This document shows, piece after piece, positions 50,484 through 60,177 of a DNA stretch of 64,000 nucleotides. Made by a program: the position numbers and the translations under genes. This DNA is from an uncultured Eubacteriales bacterium. GTDB taxonomy: Bacteria; Bacillota; Clostridia; Peptostreptococcales; Anaerovoracaceae. The notes under the pieces were generated by a model. The model was given only the letters and a program-made list of their open reading frames with translations. It was not told the origin of the DNA and ran no database searches. Positions within the stretch are counted from its first letter, which is position 1, and each line of letters starts with the position of its first letter. The stretch covers positions 34,801 to 98,800 of the forward strand of contig CACYFF010000006.1 in assembly GCA_902773665.1 (NCBI GenBank), read 5' to 3'.

Positions 50484-52105
50484 TTGTTTTCCTCCTTTCC
50501 CGCAGACACGAGTTCTGCAAAACACGTATCATCCCTGCGATAGGAAGCGAGTTCCAGCCCAAGTTCCCTGGCGGCAGAACGCAGTTGCCCGTCTTCGGTT
50601 CCCAGGAGAACAGGGCAATCCAGAGCCATCCTCATTACAACATCCTCCGAAGGCAGCAGTTCCACCTCAAAGGCATGGATATCATGATAGTTCTTTTCTG
50701 CAATATGCTCAAAAAGACGAAAGCAGAAAAGCAGCTGCGGCGCAGGCAGTTCCCGGTGCTGCAAGCATCTGATGCTGCAGGCGATGCCTCCGAGCTTCAT
50801 GTATTCAAAACTCTCAAAGATCGAAAGCGCCAGTTCATCGATCGAAAGGGTCTTTTTACCGTCTGCCAGCAGCATCAGATTCCCCATGCGTTTGATATAG
50901 ACCCCCATAAGCAGCGCAAATTTCAGGTTGCTGCGGAGATCGTCACATCCATCGTCCGGCTCTTCCCCTTGCTCCAGCAGCCGTTTCATCGCCTCTGTCT
51001 GCGGCTTCAAAGCCTCTGAGATGCTGTCGTAGAGGCGGTTCCTGGTCTCGAAGGCGATGCGCTCCTCCCGGAGCCGGTTTTCCTCCTCTATCAGCTCGTT
51101 CTCCTCCGCCAGATCTGCATTTACGGATGTAAGCTCCTCTCTAAGCCTGAGAAATTCGCTGATATCTTCCGTCCAGACTACACTTCCGCCGGCGATCTCT
51201 GCTGACTGCTCCCGTTCGCCTGCGGCCGTTTCTGCACGATAGGAAGGAGAAACTATGACAGGATTTCCTGTCCGGTCCAGTATGGCCGCCTTGATGCTGG
51301 CGTTGCGGAAAAACAGATCGTAGTCGTTGTTGGTGGGAATGAGCCCTATAAGGAACATCGCTTCGAAGGGAAGGATAGCAGTAAGACAAAAGGCCTCCTG
51401 CACGTTGAAGAGCTTGTAGGGACCGATCTTTGGCGCGCCGCCGGTTATAAAGTACCACACAAGGAACGCTACTCCTATAGCCATGGCTCCGGCCGGCAGA
51501 AACCAATAGCGCCTCGAAACGGAATTTCTGCAGCGTATGAGAAGCAGCACTATCGATGCTATGGCAAAGACCGCACACCATAGGATCATCAGAAAATACA
51601 GAGGACCGTGGACCTTGATCTCTATGGTCCCGGGCTCAAATACATAGAAAAGTCCGTGCCGTGGATTACTGAGCATGGCAAAGCACAGCAAGCCCTCCAG
51701 AAGCCAGAGGAACCATGTGCCGCACAGGGGATCGTCGGACTCGCCGCGCCCAACGCAAAGAGCCACCAAAAAGGACTGCAGCGCCACCACGGTATAGCAA
51801 ACGGCATACAGGTAAAGCATGGTTTCGCCCACCTTCAGGGATTCCCGGAAAAGGTCGTAGCGGCATATCCTCAGCACAAAAATGAGTATCATAAAAGCGC
51901 AGCTGCAAAGGAGCAGTCTGCGTATCCTGTCATGAAGTATGCGGCTGCGGACGGTAAGCCCCCAGGCAAGGAGGATAGCGATATAGACGAATGCACTAAA
52001 AGAATGGAACACCCAAAGGGGCGGAAAACTGCCAAGGACGGCAAGAAGCAGAAGACACACAAACGCAGCCGTTCTTTTCTTTTGGACCCTGCTGAACCCG
52101 AGCAT
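50480..52105 (-). CDS. 7TM sensor, histidine-kinase-like but lacking the phospho-acceptor His and the ATP-binding boxes
   Basis: About 541 aa from ATG 52105 (AAGGGAGGG SD). N-terminal ~7 TM, then a coiled coil. RNRLYDSISEAL aligns with ELHDELGQSL of the neighbour (Tyr for His). No N, G1 or G2 box is visible in the C-terminal 150 aa. Confidence 0.6.
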   Translation of the reverse strand: MLGFSRVQKKRTAAFVCLLLLAVLGSFPPLWVFHSFSAFVYIAILLAWGLTVRSRILHDRIRRLLLCSCAFMILIFVLRICRYDLFRESLKVGETMLYLYAVCYTVVALQSFLVALCVGRGESDDPLCGTWFLWLLEGLLCFAMLSNPRHGLFYVFEPGTIEIKVHGPLYFLMILWCAVFAIASIVLLLIRCRNSVSRRYWFLPAGAMAIGVAFLVWYFITGGAPKIGPYKLFNVQEAFCLTAILPFEAMFLIGLIPTNNDYDLFFRNASIKAAILDRTGNPVIVSPSYRAETAAGEREQSAEIAGGSVVWTEDISEFLRLREELTSVNADLAEENELIEEENRLREERIAFETRNRLYDSISEALKPQTEAMKRLLEQGEEPDDGCDDLRSNLKFALLMGVYIKRMGNLMLLADGKKTLSIDELALSIFESFEYMKLGGIACSIRCLQHRELPAPQLLFCFRLFEHIAEKNYHDIHAFEVELLPSEDVVMRMALDCPVLLGTEDGQLRSAARELGLELASYRRDDTCFAELVSAGKEENK

Positions 52106-52135
52106 GGCACTGCCCTCCCTTTTACCCAATTATAA

Positions 52136-52166
52136 CAAAAAGAATGGGGCGAACCCATTCTTTTTC
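52136..52166. terminator. Terminator hairpin after tmRNA
   Basis: AAAAAGAATGGGgcgaaCCCATTCTTTTT. TATAAT for the sensor operon follows immediately on the minus strand. Confidence 0.8.
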
Positions 52167-52172
52167 ATTTGC

Positions 52173-52532
52173 TGGTGAAGGCGGTGGGAATCGAACCCAC
52201 GTCCGAAAGCAACTCCACCCGGCTTTCTCCGAGCGCAGCCTTTCCTTTTAGATCTCGGGCTTCCAGTCGCCGAAAGGCAGGCTAAAGGTCGCCCCAGTCC
52301 GAATTGCTCCCCCGAAGTCCGGACACCCTTCGACGGTTTCCTGCATAGTCGACGCCGGGATCTCAGCCTACAGGCGAACTAAGGCCGACGCGCGGGCAGC
52401 TAATTAAGCTGCGAATGCGAAATTGTTTCTAGAATTATCGTTTCTTTTTAACGGGCTCTGTTTTACGCTGACTGGGCCAACAGCGGCTCGCTTACCTGAC
52501 TTCACTACCCCCGTCGAAACCTTTACGCCCCC
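52173..52532 (-). ncRNA. ssrA: tmRNA (SsrA)
   Basis: 5' GGGGGCGTAAAGGTTTCGACGGGG...; 3' ...GGACGTGGGTTCGATTCCCACCGCCTTCACCA with G3:U in the acceptor stem. The tag reading frame ends ...SRNNFAFAA-TAA-TTAG. Confidence 0.9.
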
Positions 52533-52634
52533 ATAGGGGAAGGATAATGCCTTCCAAAGCACGGATATTATAGCACATTCGTTCCCGTTGTGCCATTACA
52601 GGGTTGTTACAAATGGGGACGGTTCTTTGTCCCA

Positions 52635-53222
52635 TTAAAGCACACCCTTGATAAAGATCTCCAGCCCGATGGCGATGAGGATGACGCCGCCGAGATACCC
52701 TGCTTTGCCGGCCAGTTTTTTGCCAAAGGCCCGGCCAAGCCGCAGGCCGCCCAGGCAGATGATGAGGGTCACAAAGCCGATGATGAGCGCCTCGCACAGC
52801 GCCGCCTGCCAGCCCAGTTCCGCGATCGTAAAGCCTACGGACAACGCGTCGATGGAGGTCGCTACCCCCTGGGCAAAGAGTTCCGCGCCGCCCAGATCTT
52901 CCGCTTCTTTCTCCTCCACGGCGCCCTTCTTTGCCAGTTCCTCCGCAATCATCCGTCCGCCCAGGAAGAGTAGCAGGATAAGCGCAATCCAGGGAATTGC
53001 CTTCTGAAATAGTGCAAAACGCTCTGCGATGGTGTGCACGCAGACCCAGCCGATGAGGGGCATGGCGATCTGAAAGAAAGCAAACGTGCCGGCAATGCGC
53101 AGCATCCGGCCCTTTTCCATGTGCGGCGACGAAAGCCCTGCCGCGACGGACACGGAAAACGCGTCCATGGCGAGACCTACGCCGAACAATATGCTGTTGA
53201 TAAAAAACGCAAGTCCGAACAT
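52635..53222 (-). CDS. mntP: Manganese efflux pump MntP
   Basis: 195 aa. GVGLAMDAFSVSVAAG and ATSIDALSVGF duplicated motifs. Confidence 0.85.
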   Translation of the reverse strand: MFGLAFFINSILFGVGLAMDAFSVSVAAGLSSPHMEKGRMLRIAGTFAFFQIAMPLIGWVCVHTIAERFALFQKAIPWIALILLLFLGGRMIAEELAKKGAVEEKEAEDLGGAELFAQGVATSIDALSVGFTIAELGWQAALCEALIIGFVTLIICLGGLRLGRAFGKKLAGKAGYLGGVILIAIGLEIFIKGVL

Positions 53223-53227
53223 GGAAT

Positions 53228-53932
53228 CTATTTTACATCTTTTCCATGTCTTTCACAAATATAATTATAGACTGCGATGCTGACCGCGCTCAGCACCGCA
53301 GTGATCAGGATGACGACGACGGCGAAGAGATACCGCTGGTCGCCCAGAGCGCTGCCGCTGATCGTGGACGTGACGATGGCGGGGATGCGGCCCAGCGTAC
53401 AGATGATGAGCAGTTTGTGGATATCGATGTCCGTGAGCCCTGCAAAATAGCAGAGCAGGGCTTTCGGGGATGCGGGCAGCATAAAGATGATTGCAAAGAT
53501 AAACAAACGTTTCGGAGAATAGTGCAGAAACTTCAGCCGGTCCAGCCGCTCTTCTGAAAAGAACAGCAGCGCGATCTTGCGGCCGAACTTCCGGACAGCG
53601 AGAAGCACGGCCACGCTGCCGATGCTCTCGCCCAGAAGGCAGAGCAAAGAGCCGTTGACCGCACCGAAGGCATAGCCTGCCGCCAATTCGAAGGGCTCGC
53701 CCGGAACGACCACAAAGATGATCTGCAGCGCCTGCAGCAAAACGTAGACCAGCGCCCCGTAGGGCTGGCGGGCGGCAAACCAGGCTCTGGCGTAGGCCGG
53801 ATCGGTCCCCATGCGCTTTAAGCTGTCGAAATAAACGACACAAAAAGTCAGGCCCACGGCGATCACCAGGAAGATGAGCGCCGCGGCCTTGACTTTTCTT
53901 TCATTCCGTTTTTCTACTTCGCGGGGGTCCAT
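53228..53932 (-). CDS. TVP38/TMEM64 (DedA-related) membrane protein
   Basis: 234 aa, multi-[17 protein letters not shown] motif. Confidence 0.75.
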   Translation of the reverse strand: MDPREVEKRNERKVKAAALIFLVIAVGLTFCVVYFDSLKRMGTDPAYARAWFAARQPYGALVYVLLQALQIIFVVVPGEPFELAAGYAFGAVNGSLLCLLGESIGSVAVLLAVRKFGRKIALLFFSEERLDRLKFLHYSPKRLFIFAIIFMLPASPKALLCYFAGLTDIDIHKLLIICTLGRIPAIVTSTISGSALGDQRYLFAVVVILITAVLSAVSIAVYNYICERHGKDVK

Positions 53933-56217
53933 TTCCAGTTGCGGATCTCAGGCAGATCTTCGCCGTATTCCGCGATGTACTGTTTGTGTTCCACCAGTTT
54001 GTCCTTCATCTTCTGGATGAGGTGGCTGTCCCGGTCACCCAGATCGATGTGGAGCAGAGCCTGCATCGTTAAGGAGAAGCGGTCGATGCCGTTCTGCACG
54101 CGCATGTCGAAGGGCGTCGTAATGGTGCCCTCTTCCATGTAGCCGAACACGTGGAAGTTCTTGTTCGTTCTGTGGTAGACCAGCTCGTGAATGAGCGTCG
54201 GATAGCCGTGGAACGCGAAGATGACCGGTTTATCCTTCGTGAACAGCGCATCATACTCCTGGTCGGCGAGGCCGTGGGGATGGATGCGGTCGGACTGCAG
54301 CCGCATCAGGTCCACGACGTTAACGACGCGGATCTTCAGTTCTGGGAATTCCTCCCGCAGGATGGTGACCGCCGCCAGCGTCTCCAGGGTCGGCGTATCG
54401 CCGCAGCAGGCCATGACCACGTCCGGTTCCTGGCCCTGGTCCGTGGAAGCCCACTCCCAGATGCCAATGCCGTGGGTGCAGTGCTTTACCGCCTGTTCCA
54501 TCGTCAGCCACTGGGGCCGCGGATGTTTGGAAGAAACAATGACGTTTACGTAGTCGCGGCTGCGGATGCAGTGATCGAAGCAGTCCACCAGGCAGTTGGC
54601 ATCGGGCGGCAGATACATGCGCACCACGTCCGCCTTCTTATTGGCCACATGATCCAGGAAGCCCGGATCCTGATGGGTAAAGCCGTTGTGGTCCTGCTGC
54701 CATACGTTGGAGCTCAGGATGTAGTTGAGCGACGCGATGCTGGCTCTCCAGGGCAGATCTGCACAGACCTTCAGCCACTTGGCGTGCTGCGAGAACATGG
54801 AGTCGACGATACGGATAAAGGCTTCGTAGCTGTGGAAGAAGCCGTGTCTGCCTGTCAGCAGGTAGCCTTCCAGCCAGCCTTCGCACATGTGCTCGGACAG
54901 CATGGAATCCATGACGCGGCCGTCGGGCGCCAAGAATTCGTCGCCGTCGACGATCTCGGCGTTCCAGTCTCTGTTCGTCTCTTCGAACACCTTGTTGAGG
55001 CGGTTGGAAGCCGTCTCGTCCGGGCCGAAGATGCGGAAGTTCTTATGGTCGTCGTTGAGTTTAAAGATATCTCTTACGAAGCCGCCGAGAACCGTCATGT
55101 CCTGCGCTTCCACCGCACCGGGTGCGGGGACGTCGACGCCGTACTTGCGGAAGTCCGGCAGACGCAGTTCGTGCAGCAGTTTGCCGCCGTTGGCGTGGGG
55201 ATTCATTCCCATGCGGCGGTCACCCTCGGGAGCCAGCGCCAGCACTTCCTTTTTCGGCGTGCCGTCTTCGTTAAAGAGCTGCTCCGGTTTATAGCTCTTG
55301 AGCCACTTTTCCAGCTGCTCCAGATGCTCCGGTTTATCCATGGCGATGGGCACCTGATGGGCGCGGAACGTGCCTTCGATGGGCTTGCCGTCCACTTCCT
55401 TCGGGCCGGTCCAACCCTTAGGGGAGCGGCTGCGGGCCTTCTTCTGGATGGCTTTAATATCGGCGATGCAGGCGTCCAGCGCCTCGTACATGGCCGGATG
55501 CATTTTCTTCGGATCGGAGCCTTCCACGAAATAGGGCTTCCAGCCGCATCCCTTAAAGAAGCTCTCCAGCTCCTCGTGGGAGATGCGGGAGAAGATCGTG
55601 GGATTGGCGATCTTAAAGCCGTTTAAGTGGAGGATCGGCAGCACGGCGCCGTCGCTGGCCGGGTTGAGGAATTTGTTGGAGTGCCAGGACGTCGCCAAGG
55701 GGCCGGTCTCCGCTTCGCCGTCGCCTACAACGCAGGCCGCGATCAGATCCGGGTTGTCGAATACGGCGCCGAAGGCGTGAGCCAACGAATAGCCCAGTTC
55801 GCCGCCCTCGTTGATGGAGCCCGGGGTCTCCGGGGCAACGTGGCTGGCGATGCCGCCGGGGAAGGAGAACTGCTTAAACAGTTTCTTCATGCCTTCCGCG
55901 TCGCGGGTGATGTTCGGATAGATCTCCGTATAGGAGCCGTCCAGCCAGTCCTGGGCCACCATGGCGTTGCCGCCGTGTCCGGGACCGGACAGATAGATCA
56001 TGTTGAGGTCGTACTGTTTGATGACCCGGTTGAGGTGCGTATAGATAAAGTTCTGCCCGGGAACGGTACCCCAGTGGCCAACGATCTTTTTCTTGATCTT
56101 ATCCCTCGTAAGGGGTTCTTTCAGCAGAGGATCATCCAGCAGATAGAGCTGTCCTGCGGAAAGATAGTTCGCGGCGCGCCACCAGGCGTCCAGTTGTTTA
56201 TAGGTTTTTCTGTCCAT
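53914..56217 (-). CDS. xfp: Xylulose-5-phosphate/fructose-6-phosphate phosphoketolase
   Basis: 767 aa. [14 protein letters not shown]...[20 protein letters not shown]...GPGHGG...EGGELGYS. Confidence 0.9.
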   Translation of the reverse strand: MDRKTYKQLDAWWRAANYLSAGQLYLLDDPLLKEPLTRDKIKKKIVGHWGTVPGQNFIYTHLNRVIKQYDLNMIYLSGPGHGGNAMVAQDWLDGSYTEIYPNITRDAEGMKKLFKQFSFPGGIASHVAPETPGSINEGGELGYSLAHAFGAVFDNPDLIAACVVGDGEAETGPLATSWHSNKFLNPASDGAVLPILHLNGFKIANPTIFSRISHEELESFFKGCGWKPYFVEGSDPKKMHPAMYEALDACIADIKAIQKKARSRSPKGWTGPKEVDGKPIEGTFRAHQVPIAMDKPEHLEQLEKWLKSYKPEQLFNEDGTPKKEVLALAPEGDRRMGMNPHANGGKLLHELRLPDFRKYGVDVPAPGAVEAQDMTVLGGFVRDIFKLNDDHKNFRIFGPDETASNRLNKVFEETNRDWNAEIVDGDEFLAPDGRVMDSMLSEHMCEGWLEGYLLTGRHGFFHSYEAFIRIVDSMFSQHAKWLKVCADLPWRASIASLNYILSSNVWQQDHNGFTHQDPGFLDHVANKKADVVRMYLPPDANCLVDCFDHCIRSRDYVNVIVSSKHPRPQWLTMEQAVKHCTHGIGIWEWASTDQGQEPDVVMACCGDTPTLETLAAVTILREEFPELKIRVVNVVDLMRLQSDRIHPHGLADQEYDALFTKDKPVIFAFHGYPTLIHELVYHRTNKNFHVFGYMEEGTITTPFDMRVQNGIDRFSLTMQALLHIDLGDRDSHLIQKMKDKLVEHKQYIAEYGEDLPEIRNWKWTPAK

Positions 56218-56273
56218 TGCGATTCTCCGTATAAAGGCATTCTGACTGATAACTGAATAATTTATTATATCAT

Positions 56274-56302
56274 AAAAGGAAGGCGTGGTTCGCCTTCCTT
56301 TT
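56274..56302 (-). terminator. Intrinsic terminator after the chimeric M20 gene
   Basis: AAAAGGAAGGCGaaccaCGCCTTCCTTTT. Confidence 0.8.
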
Positions 56303-56320
56303 CAATCGGACACATTCCGC

Positions 56321-57511
56321 TTATTTCGGCATCTCGTCGAATTCTTTCCGGATCTTCGCCATCGTTTCGGGCTCGGTGATCATCCGGCACCCTGCCAGCG
56401 CCATCGCCTGCGCCGCCTGCATCATGCTGTCCTTTGCGAACAGCGTCTGCGTGAGCGCTGCAAACTCCTTGGTATGCGCCGCGATGGACGGGTCACAGCC
56501 GATCGCGAAATACGGATGGATCGTGGGGCACACGTAGGACACGTTGCCGGCATCCACGGAGCCGAAGGTCTTGCGGGGTCCATCCACAAACTGCACGCCG
56601 ACGGTGTGCAGACACTCCGTAAACAGTTCCGACAGGTTCTCGTTCGTCTTCAGATCGTCGTAGCCCAGCTCGTATTCGTCCATGGACAGCGTGCAGCCGG
56701 TCGCCAGAGCGCCCGCCTTGGCGCAGTTGATGACCCGTTCCATCAGTTCGTCCCGGTAGATACGATCCGCCGCACGGACATAGAACTTCATAACGCAGTG
56801 GTCGGGAATGACGTTGGGCGCCAGGCCGCCTTCGCTGATGATGCCGTGGATGCGGGCGTCGTCTCTCGTCTGCTGGCGCAGCAAGCCGATGGCCGTGTCT
56901 GTAATGATGCAGGCATCCAGGGCGTTGATGCCCTGCGCAGGGGCACTGGCCGCATGGGCCGGTTTGCCGTCGAAGATGAACATCATCGCCCGCAGCGCAA
57001 GAGATCTGCCGCTCTTGTGATGCGCGTCAGATGCCGGATGATCCACGATCACGGCATCGATGTCAGAAAACGCCCCGTCTGCCGTGTAATTCACCTTGGC
57101 GCCGCTGGTCTCCTCGGCCGGCGTACCCATGACGACAACGCTGCCGCCGATCTCCGGCAGTTTTCTACTGAGGATGATGCCGGCCGCCACGGAAGCACTG
57201 CCCAGCATATTGTGACCGCATCCGTGGCCGATGACCGCCGTCGTAACGCCCATGCGCAGCATGCACTCGGAAATATCCCATTCCTGCTTTTTCGTGACGG
57301 AGAAGTCCTCTTCGTGCATGTGGATGTCGATGAATCCAGGCGACACATAAAGCCCCTTCGCGTCGATGACCCGCACAGCATCCGGAAGATCCTCGCCGAT
57401 GCAGGCGATCTTTCCGTCTTTGATGCCAAGCTGCAGAGGAAGAAGCTGCTCCTTCTCTGTATCGATAAGTTTTCCGTTGATGATCTTACTATCCAGCATA
57501 GATGCTTCCAT
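56321..57511 (-). CDS. Chimeric ORF: amidohydrolase (D-aminoacylase-type) N-terminus fused to an M20 (PM20D2/AbgB-like) peptidase body
   Basis: aa 1-97 IINGKLID...GIKDGKIACIGEDLPDA..VIDAKGLYVSPGFIDIHMHEE...MGVTTAVIG. From aa ~96 onward HGCGHNMLGSASVAAG...VVMGTPAEETSGAKV...GKPAHAAS.P..GINALDA...GSVDAGNVSYVCPTIHPYF. Confidence 0.65.
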   Translation of the reverse strand: MEASMLDSKIINGKLIDTEKEQLLPLQLGIKDGKIACIGEDLPDAVRVIDAKGLYVSPGFIDIHMHEEDFSVTKKQEWDISECMLRMGVTTAVIGHGCGHNMLGSASVAAGIILSRKLPEIGGSVVVMGTPAEETSGAKVNYTADGAFSDIDAVIVDHPASDAHHKSGRSLALRAMMFIFDGKPAHAASAPAQGINALDACIITDTAIGLLRQQTRDDARIHGIISEGGLAPNVIPDHCVMKFYVRAADRIYRDELMERVINCAKAGALATGCTLSMDEYELGYDDLKTNENLSELFTECLHTVGVQFVDGPRKTFGSVDAGNVSYVCPTIHPYFAIGCDPSIAAHTKEFAALTQTLFAKDSMMQAAQAMALAGCRMITEPETMAKIRKEFDEMPK

Positions 57512-57526
57512 TTCGTGCTTTCCGGA

Positions 57527-57555
57527 TAAAAAACGGCATGGGAAGGCCCATGCCG
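57527..57555 (-). terminator. Intrinsic terminator after the ybaK-like gene
   Basis: The minus strand reads CGGCATGGGccttCCCATGCCG followed by TTTTTT. Confidence 0.8.
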
Positions 57556-57564
57556 CATCGCGTT

Positions 57565-58041
57565 CTATTCTTCTCCCAGTATCTTGCAGACATCCACCCA
57601 GCCTTTGCAGGGGGTGTACTTTTCCAGGATCTCGGGGCTGGAATCGAAAGTCGTATAGTCGTCGCCAGCTGCGGAATGGACCATCTCGAAACGTTTGAGG
57701 GACACGTCCAGATAGACGTCGATGCCCTCGTTGATGCCGAAGGCGCAGACACCGCCAGGCTCGTGGCCGATGAGTTCCTGCACCAGATCTCTGGGCACCA
57801 TGCTGGGCTTCGTGTGGAAATAGCTCTTGAATTTGCTGCTGTTTACCTTCGTGTCGCCCGCCATGACGATCATGATGGGCTTGCCGTCCACCATAAAAGT
57901 GAGGGATTTCGCGATCTCCGCCTCGGTGCAGCCGATGGACTTCGCCGCGTCTTCCACGGTATCGATGTACAGCTCTCTGTGATGCACGTATTCCATGCCG
58001 CCCACTTTTTCTAGATATGCTTTCGCGCGTTCGTAAGACAT
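57565..58041 (-). CDS. YbaK/ProX-family aminoacyl-tRNA deacylase
   Basis: 158 aa. IAKSLTFMVDGKPIMIVMAGDTKVNSSKFK...PGGVCAFG. Confidence 0.75.
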   Translation of the reverse strand: MSYERAKAYLEKVGGMEYVHHRELYIDTVEDAAKSIGCTEAEIAKSLTFMVDGKPIMIVMAGDTKVNSSKFKSYFHTKPSMVPRDLVQELIGHEPGGVCAFGINEGIDVYLDVSLKRFEMVHSAAGDDYTTFDSSPEILEKYTPCKGWVDVCKILGEE

Positions 58042-58050
58042 GTGTTTCTC

Positions 58051-58500
58051 CTATCTGCTCTTCATGCTGCGCTCCATGTTCCTGGCAGCGTCTTTTTTGG
58101 CGATGTCAGCCCGTTTATCGTACAGTTTTTTGCCCTTTGCTACAGCGAGTTCCAGTTTTACGAGACCCTTGTGGTTGAGATAGACCTTCGAAGGAACCAG
58201 CGTAAGACCGTCCTGCATCACAGCCGTCTCCAGCCGGCGGATCTCCCCCTTATGCAGCAGCAGTTTCTTGGGCCGCAGGGGATCCGTGTTGTAGCGGTTG
58301 CCCTTCTCGTAGGGAGCGATGTTCATGTTGTAGACGAAGACCTCGCCCTTTTCCACCTTTGCGAAGGAATCCCGCAGGTTGACGCCGCCCGCGCGCACGG
58401 ATTTGATCTCCGTACCGGTGAGCGCGACGCCCGCCTCATAGGTGTCCTCGAAGAAGTAATCGTGGCGCGCCTTCTTGTTGTTTGCGATCAGTTTTTCCAT
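58051..58500 (-). CDS. smpB: SsrA-binding protein SmpB
   Basis: 149 aa. [30 protein letters not shown]...[21 protein letters not shown]. Confidence 0.9.
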   Translation of the reverse strand: MEKLIANNKKARHDYFFEDTYEAGVALTGTEIKSVRAGGVNLRDSFAKVEKGEVFVYNMNIAPYEKGNRYNTDPLRPKKLLLHKGEIRRLETAVMQDGLTLVPSKVYLNHKGLVKLELAVAKGKKLYDKRADIAKKDAARNMERSMKSR

Positions 58501-58503
58501 GCG

Positions 58504-59118
58504 TTAATACAATCCTCCGATGCGGGAGAACGGGAACAGCCGGAACACCGCTTTGCCCAGTACGTCGTCCTCATCCACGAGACCGATGGCGCTGTCCCGG
58601 CTGTCCCGGGAATTCTGCCGATTGTCGCCCATGCAGAACAGTTTGCCTTCCGGCACGTAGACTTCGTCCATCTCCGTATTGGTGTAGCCGTCCTTCGTGT
58701 AAGGTTCGTCCTGGGGTTCGCCGTTGATGTAGACGACGCCGCCCGTGATGGAGATCGTGTCGCCGGGGATGGCGATGATGCGCTTTACCAGCAGTTTTTC
58801 AGAACCGTCGGACGTCGTAAGGGAGCTGTGGAATACGATGATATCGCCCCTCTGGGGGTCACCGAACAGGCGGTAGCTCTGCTTGCTGATGAACAGATAA
58901 TCGTTGGCCACCAGCGTGTTCTCCATGCTGTGTTCCTGCACGATGGTAGGCTTGATGAACTGCAGCACAAGGAAGGCGACGACGATCGCGATCAGGATAT
59001 CCTTGATCCACTCCTTCGCGTTCTCGCTCAGGCCTTTTTTCTGCTCAGGAGCGGGTACGGGCTCCGCCGCTGGCGTTTCCGGGGTCTGTTCGACCTGTTC
59101 CATGGGGTTTTCGTTCAT
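58504..59118 (-). CDS. lepB: Signal peptidase I
   Basis: SMENTL, GDIIVF, LVKRIIAIPGD and GDNRQNSRDSR boxes. The ATG at 59118 forms an ATGA overlap with the upstream stop. Confidence 0.85.
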   Translation of the reverse strand: MNENPMEQVEQTPETPAAEPVPAPEQKKGLSENAKEWIKDILIAIVVAFLVLQFIKPTIVQEHSMENTLVANDYLFISKQSYRLFGDPQRGDIIVFHSSLTTSDGSEKLLVKRIIAIPGDTISITGGVVYINGEPQDEPYTKDGYTNTEMDEVYVPEGKLFCMGDNRQNSRDSRDSAIGLVDEDDVLGKAVFRLFPFSRIGGLY

Positions 59119-60098
59119 TCTATGATCTCCTTGCCGAATAATTTTTTCTGGATAAAGGCCCACTGGGGCGGCAGCGGCGCTTTCGCCTCTTTGCCGTTGA
59201 GGTAGGCGAGGGGTTCGGGCAGGCCGGTAAAGACCAGGCGCCCTGCGTGCAGCAGCTGCGTCGTAAGGCCGGTGCGCTGCGCGATGCGTTCGTTGACCCG
59301 CCGATCACCGTATTTCGCGTCGCCGATGAGGGGGTATCCCGCATATTTCAGGTGGGCGCGGATCTGGTGGCTGCGGCCGGTCACCAGTTCGACCTCCACC
59401 AGCGTAAAGCCGTTCGCCGCATGCAGCGGACGGACGATGGTCTCGATGTATTTGCCCTCCTCCGCCGTTTCGGGCAGCACCCGGACCTTGTTGGACCGTT
59501 CGTCCTTCAGCAGTTTATTTTTCAGATGAAGGGTTTTTGCAAGCTCTCCGCACACGATGGTGAAGTAGATCTTCGTAAAGCCGCTGTCTTTTGCGATCTC
59601 CGCGCTCAGCGTGCGCAGCGCCTGCGCGTTCTTGCCGAACACCACAAGGCCTGTCGTATTGCGGTCCAGCCGGTGCACGGGGGACGGCACGAAGCTTTTT
59701 TCCACGCGCGGCACGTAATCGCCTTTTTCGATCAGGTAATCCACCGCCTGGTTCGCCAGCGTGTCCTTCTTTTCCGTGCTGTCGCCGTGAACGAGCAGGC
59801 CGAAGGGCTTGCAGAGCACCAGCACGTTTTCGTCCTCGTAGGCGACCGTAAACTGGCGCTTGGCCGCGTGCGTCCTCTTTTTCTTCGTGAGCGCATCCAG
59901 ATCGTCTTCGCCCAGATAGATCTGCAGCACGTCTCCTTCCGCGAGCAGCGTCTCCTCTTTCGCCCGCTTTCCGTTTACCTTTACGTCCTTGCGGACGGCT
60001 TTGTAAACGAGGCTGAGCGGCGCGTTGCACAGGTATTTCTTCAGGAAGCGGTCCAGCCGCTGTCCTGCGTCGTTTGCGGTTATCGTTACCTCTCTCAT
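59115..60098 (-). CDS. RluA-family pseudouridine synthase
   Basis: ATG 60098 gives MREVTITANDAGQRLDRFLKKYL (S4-like domain), HRLDRNTTGLVVF and GRSHQIRAHL. The track extension to 60191 is unsupported. Confidence 0.85.
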   Translation of the reverse strand: MREVTITANDAGQRLDRFLKKYLCNAPLSLVYKAVRKDVKVNGKRAKEETLLAEGDVLQIYLGEDDLDALTKKKRTHAAKRQFTVAYEDENVLVLCKPFGLLVHGDSTEKKDTLANQAVDYLIEKGDYVPRVEKSFVPSPVHRLDRNTTGLVVFGKNAQALRTLSAEIAKDSGFTKIYFTIVCGELAKTLHLKNKLLKDERSNKVRVLPETAEEGKYIETIVRPLHAANGFTLVEVELVTGRSHQIRAHLKYAGYPLIGDAKYGDRRVNERIAQRTGLTTQLLHAGRLVFTGLPEPLAYLNGKEAKAPLPPQWAFIQKKLFGKEIIE

Positions 60099-60177
60099 AA
60101 CTAAAACAGTATACCATAAAAGGTCCCGATGTGATAAACTTATTAAAGGTATTGGAATTAACAGAAAGGGGAAACGC

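Noticed and set aside
52105-52172. Genomic island integrated at the 3' end of ssrA, a common integration site, given the sensory operon and giant SLH gene downstream.
   Set aside because: No integrase is present, I saw no duplicated copy of the tmRNA 3' end, and the junction is just a terminator plus a TATAAT promoter. Composition downstream looks host-like.
53223-53227. yybP-ykoY manganese riboswitch expected upstream of mntP.
   Set aside because: mntP is 5 nt downstream of the TVP38-family gene, which itself overlaps the end of xfp. No leader region exists.
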